Of a DNA stretch of 47,802 bases, positions 1-11,200 are shown one piece after another. The position numbers and the translations under genes are program-made. The notes beneath the pieces are model-generated. The model was not told the DNA's origin. It saw only the letters and a program-made list of their open reading frames with translations, and searched no databases. Numbering within the stretch: the stretch's first letter is position 1; every line of letters starts with the position of its first letter. Source of the DNA: Nemertoderma westbladi (lineage: Eukaryota > Animalia > Xenacoelomorpha); contig JAUCBJ010006439.1 of NCBI GenBank assembly GCA_032718475.1, forward strand, positions 1 through 47,802, given 5' to 3'.

Positions 1-180
1 TACGATAATTTATTGTTATCACCATCTATAATTGAATTGGATTATTATAGAGCGTAAAAATAATTCTATTTTTACGAGCGTGAATAAAAGTTGACTATAT
101 TATCAATACAATATTAAATTTAATTATATTATATTATTGTTGTGGTTGACAGTTAATCTACTCCAATAAATGAAACTGAC

Positions 181-311
181 CCTTTTCTTTCCAGGATGAC
201 TTATCCTATTTGTATAGTCGTCGGGTAGTTGAAGGAAATCCTTGATACTTTCCGTCTTGCGAAGATGTATAGAATCGACACCATCCTTCTTCCGTAAGCC
301 GTCCAGTTTCG
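181..311 (-). CDS. YLPM1: YLPM1/ZAP3-like exon (last in window): (A)KLDGLRKKDGVDSIHLRKTESIKDFLQLPDDYTNRISHPGKKR
   Basis: Acceptor tttatag| at 312-314 and donor |gtcagt at 180-175. Phase 1 matches the previous exon. The peptide resembles the YLPM1 segment KLDGL...DYLQLPDDY...PGKKR(VRW) that precedes the PP1-binding RVRW motif (recognised from memory). Confidence 0.88.
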
Positions 312-608
312 CTATAAATTAAATACAGTATTTAAACACATTCTATTGATTGAGTATGACATGCAAGTTGCAGTAAAACCAGAACCACCAACCATACATC
401 ATTCAACGAACAAATAAAATCGAATAACGTATTAGTAAGATTCTTCCTCAAAACAGGATACTGTTGTCTCATTGGAAACCGCTAATCCTATATCGACCAT
501 TAATTACCCTAGCATGCTTCAATGCCCGGTAATGGCTGAAGGTATGGCGGGAGATTTACAGACATTGCCCTAAATGGTTGATCCAGGAGTTGACCCTTTA
601 GCACCTAC

Positions 609-780
609 CCAGTTTTTCGGCTTTGATATCTTCCTCCCATTTACTCTTTGGCAGTAAATAATGCTGGAACGATTGGACTATGAACTGCTGCATCGATGAC
701 TTTGAGGATGTCGATTCCATCATCTTATTATCAACTAACTGCTTCCTCCTGGCCATCGGTTCCTCTAACTCCATTTCAAC
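609..780 (-). CDS. YLPM1: YLPM1-like exon: VEMELEEP...LPKSKWEEDIKAEKL
   Basis: Acceptor tgtacag| at 781-783 and donor G|gtaggt at 608. Length 172 nt (phase 0 to 1). The VEME and SKWE...EKL motifs match YLPM1. Confidence 0.85.
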
Positions 781-1039
781 CTGTACAAACACGTTTACCT
801 TATTTTATACGAGAGGATGAATATTGGAACTAAACGGAAAAGTAACAGTACGTTATAGTCATGTCATTGGTTATCATATAACTTCAACGCCTACTTCTTC
901 TAAACTCAGGGAATTATATAGTAATTCACGTGAAAAATGGCCTATGAGAGAAAAGTTAGAGAATTTGATATAGGGGCCTACAGATCGAATAATTTATTGT
1001 GGGGCGAGTCACGAAAGGAAGCGAGAATGCATACGGGTG

Positions 1040-1480
1040 CACTATCTCAATCTCGCGTCTGTCTGTCTCTCTGTCGGTCCGGCTATCTGTCTGTCGGTCT
1101 AATCTTATGAACTCACCACTTTTTTAAACGAAAACTTTATAATTTAGAAATAGACAGACTTTTACAGTTCGCCTGTGGGCCCCTAGGAGGCTACTTGTCT
1201 AAAAATTAAATATCCTCCCATTTCTTTGGTTTTAATCCGTCCAAGCTGAAATTTGGCAGCTATATACTAGACTATTAGACTAGAGGGCGAATTGTCTTAT
1301 AATTCCGTCATACATGATCCATTAAGCTGAAACTTGTGAGATATGTAATAGATACAGCCTGTATAGGAAGGTGATCTGTCTGCAGTTCTTCAGTCTGCCG
1401 CTAGATGGCAAAATGTCGGAAGGTTACAATCTTCTCCCGCCTCCTTGCTTTTAATCCGTTTAAGCTGAATCTTTTTGTGT
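1040..1480. mobile_element. Probable non-autonomous Helitron/Helentron-type interspersed repeat fragment
   Basis: (CTGT)n-like microsatellite at 1057-1100 followed by repeated aatccgt..aagctgaaa subrepeats, a layout typical of DINE/HINE-like elements. No coding evidence. Confidence 0.3.
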
Positions 1481-3199
1481 CATTTTGTTGTGTTTTTTTC
1501 AAAGAGATGCATAGAGACCAGTCCGTATCCTAAATAGTAAATAGCCCTACATAGTTAGTCTTCTAGAAAAAATTAATTGGTGTCTAAGTGGCACAAATTT
1601 GAAATTGTTCAGTTTCATCGAGTGAAACCAGTTTTACTGGTTTTACAAATTTAATCAACTATGGATGATGAACTATGGACTCTAGAACAAAAGATTATAA
1701 CTTATAACTGGCCCAACGGCAAGGCGACCTTTACTAACAGTTGCAGCCCAGAAAACTGCAAAGTTAGCATAGGCCTAAAAGTATAGCGATTAGCGACCAA
1801 TAGAACGGCAGTTTCTTCGTTTATCAATAGGCCCTATAAGAAAAGGGTAAAAGATGAACCCGTCTAGCAGTCTAGTATTAGACGGGGTGCGTATTTTGAG
1901 TTTTGGTGTGTATCTATCTATGGCTATTAATTATAGGCCTACTGTACATGTTTTTCCAATACAATACGTTATTTACTAAACAATCTAGCACAAATTTAAT
2001 TGATTCTTTACATGATATATCTTTATTATCCAAATGCAGATATGTTTTTACATATTAGAATTCCTTGCTGGGCAGGCAGGGAGGGCCATCTTTACATACA
2101 TAGGTACCACCAACACGTTCGTGGGGCCTTCGCGCAGGACGAAGCCCAGTTATGAGATACAAATTAAAATTGAGCGACTGTATCACAAAATCAGTATTTG
2201 AGAAATTTAACCATACCGACAATCAATCAAAGAAAGGGGGACAGTACGTGTTCGGCCCTTTTAATCCGTAATCCAGTATCCGTCCGTAGAATTATTCCCG
2301 TAGAACAGTAGAATTCCCGCAGCTTCCGACCCAATTCGACAACGAATTCGCCTTACACTTTCGCGTGACAGAGAACGTAATCCGGTACGATACACGTCTG
2401 CCCGACTTTCAACAATTTCCCCCAGGGATCCCAGGATCCGGCTGTCCGGGCCGCCGCTAAACCCAAATCGCAATCCTCGTCGATTCGTCCAGTCGTCGAC
2501 ATAAGTCGGACTCTTCTCACCGCACTCCAAGGTGGGTGGCCTGAGTGAGGCATGAGGAACTTGGCAGTGCTGCAGTGGCCCGCATTACGATCCGACCGAC
2601 CGCCGTATTCCCAGTGTAGTAAATAGAATCTTACTGACAAGCAAGCAATTCCGTAGTGTTTATTCCTCAGTTAATCGCATCTGCATGCCACTCGGCTGCT
2701 CGGGTCCAGATACATCGGACTGTCGGAAGCTGCTTAGATGAAGAAGTTGTTTAGATGGCCTTGCCAACGACCAACGACCTGAAGACGGTACCGGTAACTC
2801 TGTACCACTAACAGTTAACAGTACCGGTACCGTACTGTAATCCTGTAGTCTCCTAGCAACCAGCTGATGCCAAGCCTAATAATTTTTGGGTAGATTAATT
2901 TATTGTAACTGTAAGACAGTTACACAGATGCTGCAAGAAGACCCCACGCAAATTCAACTTGGAAAATATCTAAACTTTGGCCAGACTACATGTGTACCAA
3001 GTTTGGTTAAATTTCATTAACATTTGGCTGAGTTATTAACGTTTAAAATTGGACACGACAGAACAACAGATCAACAGAACAACAGAGCAACAGACACACC
3101 GATTGAGTTAGTGGTACCTGTATGCTAAGCTCTCTTACTTTCGTCGCTCGCCTCACATACCACAAAGGGGTCGAGGATATATAATTACAAAAATATGTG

Positions 3200-4850
3200 A
3201 AGTGAATGTTTAGATTATTTCGTGGTAATAGATGGAAAAAACCTTTTAGCATAAACGCATGCTGAATCCGATAACAAGAAAAATTTAAAGTTTCTGACCG
3301 TATAATTTGCGTATTTTTTTATATGAACAATTATTAAATGTTACGTTTATTTAATACAATATAATAAATTATAAAAGTAATCAGTGATACACCCGAACTT
3401 AACAAGGCAAATTATACAAGTTTCTGCATTGGTTTCATCTTGGCGTTTACTGGGATACCTGGTTAGGTAATTCCTGGTGGTAACCGAAAATAATTTATAT
3501 TACATATCTCAGCCATTAGGAGTCAAATATAAAAGGTAAGATAAATAAACTAGACAAGAAAAGGGATTTTAATATCAAAAGATATTTAATAATCTTTTAT
3601 TAAAATAAGTAACATTCTTGAAGGATATTGCAGTCGACAGTATACCTTGACCGAAACTGGATGTGTGGTAACAAAGTATTTTTCCAATGTTTATGGAAGT
3701 CCATAACAGCATTCTTTCATTATTGATAATTTTCCTAAAAGTTAACGAATATATACTACTTCCTACAATACGATTTTCGATCCCCCAGGTGTGTGTTCCA
3801 GAACGTTTATTTTACTCCCTATAACTATACTTTGACGATAATAAAGTTTTGTAGAGTAAAATTAGTTTTAAGTTGCATCTTAAAACCTAAAAAACATTCC
3901 ACATATTGAATAGATAAATACTCTCACAGCTAATTTACTACCGCAATAAATTGTCCTCGTGTGGTCGAAAAGATTGTTTGATTTATTCTCCGATTGGCAG
4001 TTTAACTATTACAGAATCATACAAAATGAATTCTGAATTTAATTTTGTTCAAAATATATATATATAAAAGCAGTGACTGGTGAGGTAAACTGTTCTGCCT
4101 GATTTTTGGGCAAAATGTTCAAAAACGGGAGAAACAATGAGGAAAATTCTTTGTAACCGCGTTCCAGGTACAACGCTCACCAACAACTACGAAAGGGACA
4201 TTATGCCCTTAATAAAATGAAGATAGTTTGGGTTGGAGTGGGTACAACATATTCCACAAACATAGCATAGTTTCCTTAGAGTTTTCAGATTCTTAAGTAT
4301 ATGAGTAATATTAGGAGTGCTCCTTAGACATTCCATGTTCTTCCACGGGTACAATCCCCATCTCGCCGGGTCTGCAAATGCAAACACAAATCTTCTACTA
4401 GTAAAAGGGCAATATCAAGTTTATTTTCAGAAAGAAAATTTAGTAATAACAATGATTTTCCAAATTTACAGCAACAGCTTCTCTGACCAGGAAATTTTGG
4501 ACTGCTGAGTGTCGCCAATGTCACCGTTAGGTCAACTGCCTAGGAGAAGCCTTTATGAGAAGGCCAGGTATCTAAGTGGGCTTATCATTGTTTTCTTTAA
4601 AACGCCTTAACCGCAAATTTCAGGTTTACAAAAGATACATTTTGAAATGCCTGTTAGCAGGAACATATAAAATAGTAAATAGTTTCAAAGTTCTTCAAAT
4701 TGTTCAAAATAGGCAATCTGGCGACGATTTACAAATTAAGCGGTAAAAACATAACGGGTTTATCTTTTTAAGGATGTTTATCGGATTGAGCATACCTGAA
4801 TTATGCTAAAAGTTAAGTTTGGTAATTTATTATCAGAAATTCCATTCACT
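3200..4850 (-). mobile_element. Decayed DNA transposon with long imperfect inverted repeats; possible piggyBac-like transposase remnant
   Basis: 3241-3310 (cttttagcataa..catgctgaatccgataa..accgtataatttg) is an inverted copy of 4733-4814. The interior minus strand has broken motifs DKP...AVDLT...SWSEKL and a Cys-rich RKLCYVC...C...LHF, reminiscent of the piggyBac C-terminus. Confidence 0.4.
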
Positions 4851-4949
4851 AATTAATTATTATCAGCTTCAGCACATTTCCCATCGAAGCCAATGACCCT
4901 AAAACGATAAAACAATGATTTAATATATTCATATTTACTACCAAAATAC

Positions 4950-6110
4950 AGATAGAATGTAGAATAGGTAGAATGGATGATGTATGGATATAGAATAGGA
5001 AGAATGGATGATGGTATGGATATAGAATAGGTAGGTATGGATGATGTATGGATATAGAAAAGGTAGAGGGATGGTGTATGGAATACTACTACTACTAGGA
5101 TCGGCATGCTGCATTGCAGCTGCATTTTTAAGAATGCTGTGCCGGCTTGTCGACAAAATTGCGCCGCCACAACTCCCTATCACCCATGACATTTGCTAGA
5201 TCATCCGCATCTTCAAGGCCAGTGTCCTTTAAGATGCGTCTCAAGAAAGTCATGGGCTGTCCACCATGCTTATTCACTCCATGAGGCCGCCAAAGCACAA
5301 GATTATGCAGTGGCTGGTCCTCACGGCGAAAGCAATGTCCTGCAAAGCGGAGGCGATTTTGTTTCAGTGTCAAGCTTGGGAGAACCAATGAGACACCTCC
5401 AATGTTATATAGTGTCTGGTTGGAGATGTGTGCATTGTACTTGACACAATGAACCCGGCGTAGCATTCTTGTGAATGTGCCATCCAGAGATTTCCAGAGA
5501 TGATGATCTAAGGACATGCGTAGAACATAGTCAACCACAATAATGAACAAGAATGGTGCAAGTGTGTCTCCTTGGAGGACGCCCCATAACACTTCAAATG
5601 GTTCTGTGTCACCGTCAACAGTAGACACAAATGTTGTCGAACCATCGTATACTGATCTGATTGCTGCAATAATTTCATCAGGAATCCCATATAATGAAAG
5701 TATGTTGAACATACGTGAGCGAGAGACTGAATCAAAGGCCTTGAAGAAGTCAACAAAGATAACAGCCAGATGCCTGTCTTTCTTTTTTGATAACTCTTCA
5801 ATTATCCTTCTAAGTGCCAAAATGGGCTCCAGGCTCCATGGTCCCACGACCTTTACGGAACCCATTCTGATTTCCACGGAGCAGTCTCTCAATGGGATCC
5901 CTGATGCGATTTAATAGAATCCTATTGTATAGCTTTGCAGCAATCGAGATCAATGAGATTCCCCGAAAAGAACCATAGAGTGTTAGGTTGCCCTTCTTTC
6001 GAATGTATGGATGGATATAGAATAGGTAGGTAGGGATGATGTATGGATATAGAATAGGTAGAGGGATGATGTATGGATATAGAATAGGTAGAGGGATGAT
6101 GTATGGATAG
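4950..6110. repeat. ~31-bp purine-rich minisatellite (ggatgatgtatggatatagaataggtaga) at 4950-5080 and 6004-6110, split by the RTE insertion
   Basis: The same unit is visible on both sides of the LINE. Confidence 0.8.
5084..6000 (-). mobile_element. RTE-clade non-LTR retrotransposon, 5'-truncated and internally deleted
   Basis: RT motifs KKGNL...RGISLISIAAKLYNRILLNRI, FVDFFKAFDSV, GVLQGDTLAPFLF and C-terminal RLRFAGHCFR. It ends in a (TAG)n tail at 5084-5097. The YADD catalytic region is missing. Confidence 0.9.
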
Positions 6111-6787
6111 GGGAGATGTTACACCTTTTTCAAACGCTTGTAGGTAAATGAAAGCAAAAATAAAACTAAATTTCTTCCTTTCTATTTTCTTTGGGTGGGG
6201 GGGGGGGGGGGGGGGGGGGGGGTCACTGAATTACGACTGTAAGCCTAGAAGATATTTTGGCCCACCCTGAATCAGCCAGCGATGTGTGTTCAAATACTGT
6301 ACTGAGCTGACCTACAACGCAGTTTCTGGTTGCTTCCACCCCAATGATAAACCTCCGATACAAAGGAAATAAATAAACATCAATCAGCAGCCTATTAAAC
6401 TAAACTAAGGCATTACAATACAAAGTGTATTCCAATACAATGAACTCATTTATAATGTGTAATTAAACGAGTTGGTAAAATTGGAATCAAGACTTTGCCT
6501 CTCTAATGAAAATCCAGACAGTCTGTGAGAGACTGAGACTGTAAGGAAGCCGAGAGGATTCTAGAACAACAATCTAAAACCAAATCAATAAATACGGGAA
6601 GTCGCATATCAATATCATCAAATCATTACTCAACTAAAAATTGTAGACCAAAATGGTCAACTATAGTTTATTTTCAGAAGTTCAAACATGAACATGAACA
6701 CCCTACCATGGAACAATTGTGTGAGTTACGAAATGCATTGGAAACTAATTATTACTAGACCAGCAAATAACATATGACGTCACTCAC

Positions 6788-6952
6788 GTCAGCGATATCT
6801 TCAGCAATCAATGAGGATACATCCAAACGGTGGTAGTGTGTGGGCGTTGGTTCCCAACCGCTAATCAACGAGACGATTTCCTTCTCAGTACGCTGGTGAA
6901 GGTTGCGAGCGGCGCAGACAAAAGGGTCACCTTGCATGTTAATAACGTATAC
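6788..6952 (-). CDS. YLPM1: YLPM1-like exon: VYVINMQGDPFVCAARNLHQRTEKEIVSLISGWEPTPTHYHRLDVSSLIAEDIAD
   Basis: Acceptor gttcag| at 6953-6955 (most proximal of 13 copies) and donor |gtgagt at 6787-6782. Length 165 nt. Matches YLPM1 VY....D...C..RN.H.R...I...WE..P....RLD..SL. Confidence 0.88.
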
Positions 6953-7575
6953 CTGAACACAAACGAAAGGGTCACCTTGCATGTTAATAACGTATACCTG
7001 AACACAAACGAAAGGGTCACCTTGCATGTTAATAACGTATACCTGAACACAAACGAAAGGGTCACCTTGCATGTTAATAACGTATACCTGAACACAAACG
7101 AAAGGGTCACCTTGCATGTTAATAACGTATACCTGAACACAAACGAAAGGGTCACCTTGCATGTTAATAACGTATACCTGAACACAAACGAAAGGGTCAC
7201 CTTGCATGTTAATAACGTATACCTGAACACAAACGAAAGGGTCACCTTGCATGTTAATAACGTATACCTGAACACAAACGAAAGGGTCACCTTGCATGTT
7301 AATAACGTATACCTGAACACAAACGAAAGGGTCACCTTGCATGTTAATAACGTATACCTGAACACAAACGAAAGGGTCACCTTGCATGTTAATAACGTAT
7401 ACCTGAACACAAACGAAAGGGTCACCTTGCATGTTAATAACGTATACCTGAACACAAACGAAAGGGTCAGCTTGCATGTTAATAACGTATACCTGAACAC
7501 AAACAAAAGGGTCACCTTGCATATCAATAACACTTGAACACAAACGAGCATGTTAATAACGTATACCTGAACATA
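6922..7575 (-). repeat. 45-bp tandem array spanning the 3' splice site and first 30 nt of the exon (13 near-identical copies plus a degenerate flank)
   Basis: Unit TTCGTTTGTGTTCAG|GTATACGTTATTAACATGCAAGGTGACCCT. Acceptor positions are 6952+45n up to 7492, with a degenerate copy at 7566. Confidence 0.95.
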
Positions 7576-8059
7576 ATCATATGAACATAACATAACACTT
7601 GAACACAAACGAAGGAGTTTAAGCACATTAGGTTTGACTTGAACACGAAAGCTTTACATCATTATAATAAACACCCAAATATTTACGGCCAGTTTATTTA
7701 CGGCATTGTAGTACAACAGTAATGAGCCTGAGCGTATGAAGTGAAACTTTAGTATATCCGTATATTGTGGAACAACGAATTATATTTTATGTTTAAGGTC
7801 AAAAGAAAGATAAGAGATCTTTAGGTGCCGCTATATTAAGTTAATAATAATTGCCAAATATTTCAACCTAAAATTGCAATTACAATTTAACAGTTAAATT
7901 ACGATCAACATATTTTATGTAAAATGTTATACGACCTACGATGTCATCTATACATATAGAACCAATAACCACGGGATAAATGAATGACATGTAATCTCGA
8001 GCGATAAAGTCTAATAGGGAGGGGCTTTCTCTATCTACATAATATTTTATGATTATTAC

Positions 8060-8236
8060 CATAAATCCCTTTGATTTCGCAAAATTATGGAACTTCGAGA
8101 AGTTGCTGACTTTCTGGTTGACGGCGTCTACAATAATAAACCAATGGAACCCATCATCTAGAGTCTTCTTAAAGGCTCGAAACAAACTCGCTCTGTAAGA
8201 TTCTTCCATGTCTTCCTCGTATTGATAAACGAACAC
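8060..8236 (-). CDS. YLPM1: YLPM1-like exon: VFVYQYEEDMEESYRASLFRAFKKTLDDGFHWFIIVDAVNQKVSNFSKFHNFAKSKGFM
   Basis: Acceptor ctccttccag| at 8237-8239 and donor |gtaata at 8059. Length 177 nt. Strong match to YLPM1 YEYE.EMEE.YR.S.FK.FKKTLDDGFF.FII.DA.N. Confidence 0.93.
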
Positions 8237-8263
8237 CTGGAAGGAGATGGGGTGAATACCTAC

Positions 8264-11200
8264 TGATAGACAGAGAACAGAAAGGAGGACAATACTTACA
8301 GATAGACAGAGAACAGAAAGGGGGACAATACTCACTGAGAGACAGAGAACAGAAAGGGGGACAATACTTACTGATAGACAGAGAACATAAAGGGGGACAA
8401 TACTTACTGATAGACAGAGAACATAAAGGGGGACAATACTTACTGATAGACAGAGAACAGAAAGGAGGACAATACCTACTGATAGACAGAGAACAGAAAG
8501 GGGGACAATACTTACTGTTAGACAGAGAACAGAAAGGGGGACAATACTCACTGAGAGACAGAGAACAGAAAGGGGGGCAATACTTACTGATAGACAGAGA
8601 ACAGAAAGGAGGAATATACTTACTGATAGACAGAGAACAGAAAGGGGGACAATACTTACTGATAGACAGAGAACAGAAAGGGGGACAATACTTACTGATA
8701 GACAGAGAACATAAAGGGGGACAATACTTACTGATAGACAGAGAACAGAAAGGGGGACAATACTCACTGAGAGACAGAGAACAGAAAGGGGGGCAATACT
8801 TACTGATAGACAGAGAACAGAAAGGAGGAATATACTTACTGATAGACAGAGAACAGAAAGGGGGACAATACTCACTGAGAGACAGAGAACAGAAAGGGGG
8901 GCAATACTTACTGATAGACAGAGAACAGAAAGGAGGACAATACTCACTGATAGACAGAGAACAGAAAGGAGGACAATACCTACTGATAGACAGAGAACAG
9001 AAAGGGGGACAATACTCACTGAGAGACAGAGAACAGAAAGGGGGGCAATACTTACTGATAGACAGAGAACAGAAAGGAGGACAATACTTACAGATAGACA
9101 GAGAACAGAAAGGGGGACAATACTCACTGAGAGACAGAGAACAGAAAGGGGGGCAATACTTACTGATAGACAGAGAACAGAAAGGAGGAATATACTTACT
9201 GATAGACAGAGAACAGAAAGGGGGACAATACCTACTGATAGACAGAGAACATAAAGGGGGACAATACTTACTGATAGACAGAGAACATAAAGGGGGACAA
9301 TACTTACTGATAGACAGAGAACAGAAAGGGGGACAATACTCACTGAGAGACAGAGAACAGAAAGGGGGGCAATACTTACTGATAGACAGAGAACAGAAAG
9401 GAGGACAATACTTACAGATAGACAGAGAACAGAAAGGGGGACAATACTCACTGATAGACAGAGAACAGAAAGGAGGACAATACTCACTGAGAGACAGAGA
9501 ACAGAAAGGGGGACAATACTTACTGATAGACAGAGAACAGAAAGGGGGACAATACTTACTGATAGACAGAGAACAGAAAGGAGGACAATACTTACTGATA
9601 GACAGAGAACAGAAAGGGGGACAATACCTACTGATAGACAGAGAACAGAAAGGGGGACAATACTCACTGAGAGACAGAGAACAGAAAGGAGGACAATACT
9701 CACTGAGAGACAGAGAACAGAAAGGGGTACAATACTTACTGATAGACAGAGAACAGAAAGGAGGACAATACTTACTGATAGACAGAGAACAGAAAGGAGG
9801 ACAATACTCACTGAGAGACAGAGAACAGAAAGGGGGACAATACTTACTGATAGACAGAGAACAGAAAGGGGGACAATACTTACTGATAGACAGAGAACAG
9901 AAAGGAGGACAATACTTACTGATAGACAGAGAACAGAAAGGGGGACAATACCTACTGATAGACAGAGAACAGAAAGGGGGACAATACTCACTGAGAGACA
10001 GAGAACAGAAAGGAGGACAATACTCACTGAGAGACAGAGAACAGAAAGGGGTACAATACTTACTGATAGACAGAGAACAGAAAGGAGGACAATACTTACA
10101 GATAGACAGAGAACAGAAAGGGGGACAATACTCACTGAGAGACAGAGAACAGAAAGGGGGACAATACTTACTGATAGACAGAGAACAGAAAGGGGGACAA
10201 TACTTACTGATAGACAGAGAACAGAAAGGAGGACAATACTTACTGATAGACAGAGAACAGAAAGGGGGACAATACCTACTGATAGACAGAGAACAGAAAG
10301 GGGGACAATACTCACTGAGAGACAGAGAACAGAAAGGAGGACAATACTCACTGAGAGACAGAGAACAGAAAGGGGTACAATACTTACTGATAGACAGAGA
10401 ACAGAAAGGAGGACAATACTCACTGAGAGACAGAGAACAGAAAGGGGTACAATACTTACTGATAGACAGAGAACAGAAAGGAGGACAATACTTACAGATA
10501 GACAGAGAACAGAAAGGGGGACAATACTCACTGAGAGACAGAGAACAGAAAGGGGGACAATACTTACTGATAGACAGAGAACAGAAAGGGGGACAATACT
10601 TACTGATAGACAGAGAACAGAAAGGAGGACAATACTTACTGATAGACAGAGAACAGAAAGGGGGACAATACCTACTGATAGACAGAGAACAGAAAGGGGG
10701 ACAATACTCACTGAGAGACAGAGAACAGAAAGGGGGACAATACTTACTGATAGACAGAGAACAGAAAGGGGGACAATACTTACTGATAGACAGAGAACAG
10801 AAAGGGGGACAATACTTACTGATAGACAGAGAACATAAAGGGGGACAATACTTACTGATAGACAGAGAACAGAAAGGAGGACAATACCTACTGATAGACA
10901 GAGAACAGAAAGGGGGACAATACTTACTGATAGACAGAGAACAGAAAGGGGGACAATACTCACTGAGAGACAGAGAACAGAAAGGGGGGCAATACTTACT
11001 GATAGACAGAGAACAGAAAGGAGGAATATACTTACTGATAGACAGAGAACAGAAAGGGGGACAATACTTACTGATAGACAGAGAACAGAAAGGGGGGCAA
11101 TACTTACTGATAGACAGAGAACAGAAAGGAGGACAATACTTACAGATAGACAGAGAACAGAAAGGGGGACAATACTCACTGAGAGACAGAGAACAGAAAG

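Noticed and set aside
2111-2147. Short inverted match to 46858-46890 (caacacgttcgtgggccttcg...)
   Set aside because: Only ~35 bp and 45 kb apart with no TSD; more likely two copies of a dispersed repeat than the ends of one giant element.
6755-7626. Three 235-262 aa ORFs over the 45-bp array as independent genes
   Set aside because: These are repeat-generated frames; only the 6788-6952 portion has protein homology.
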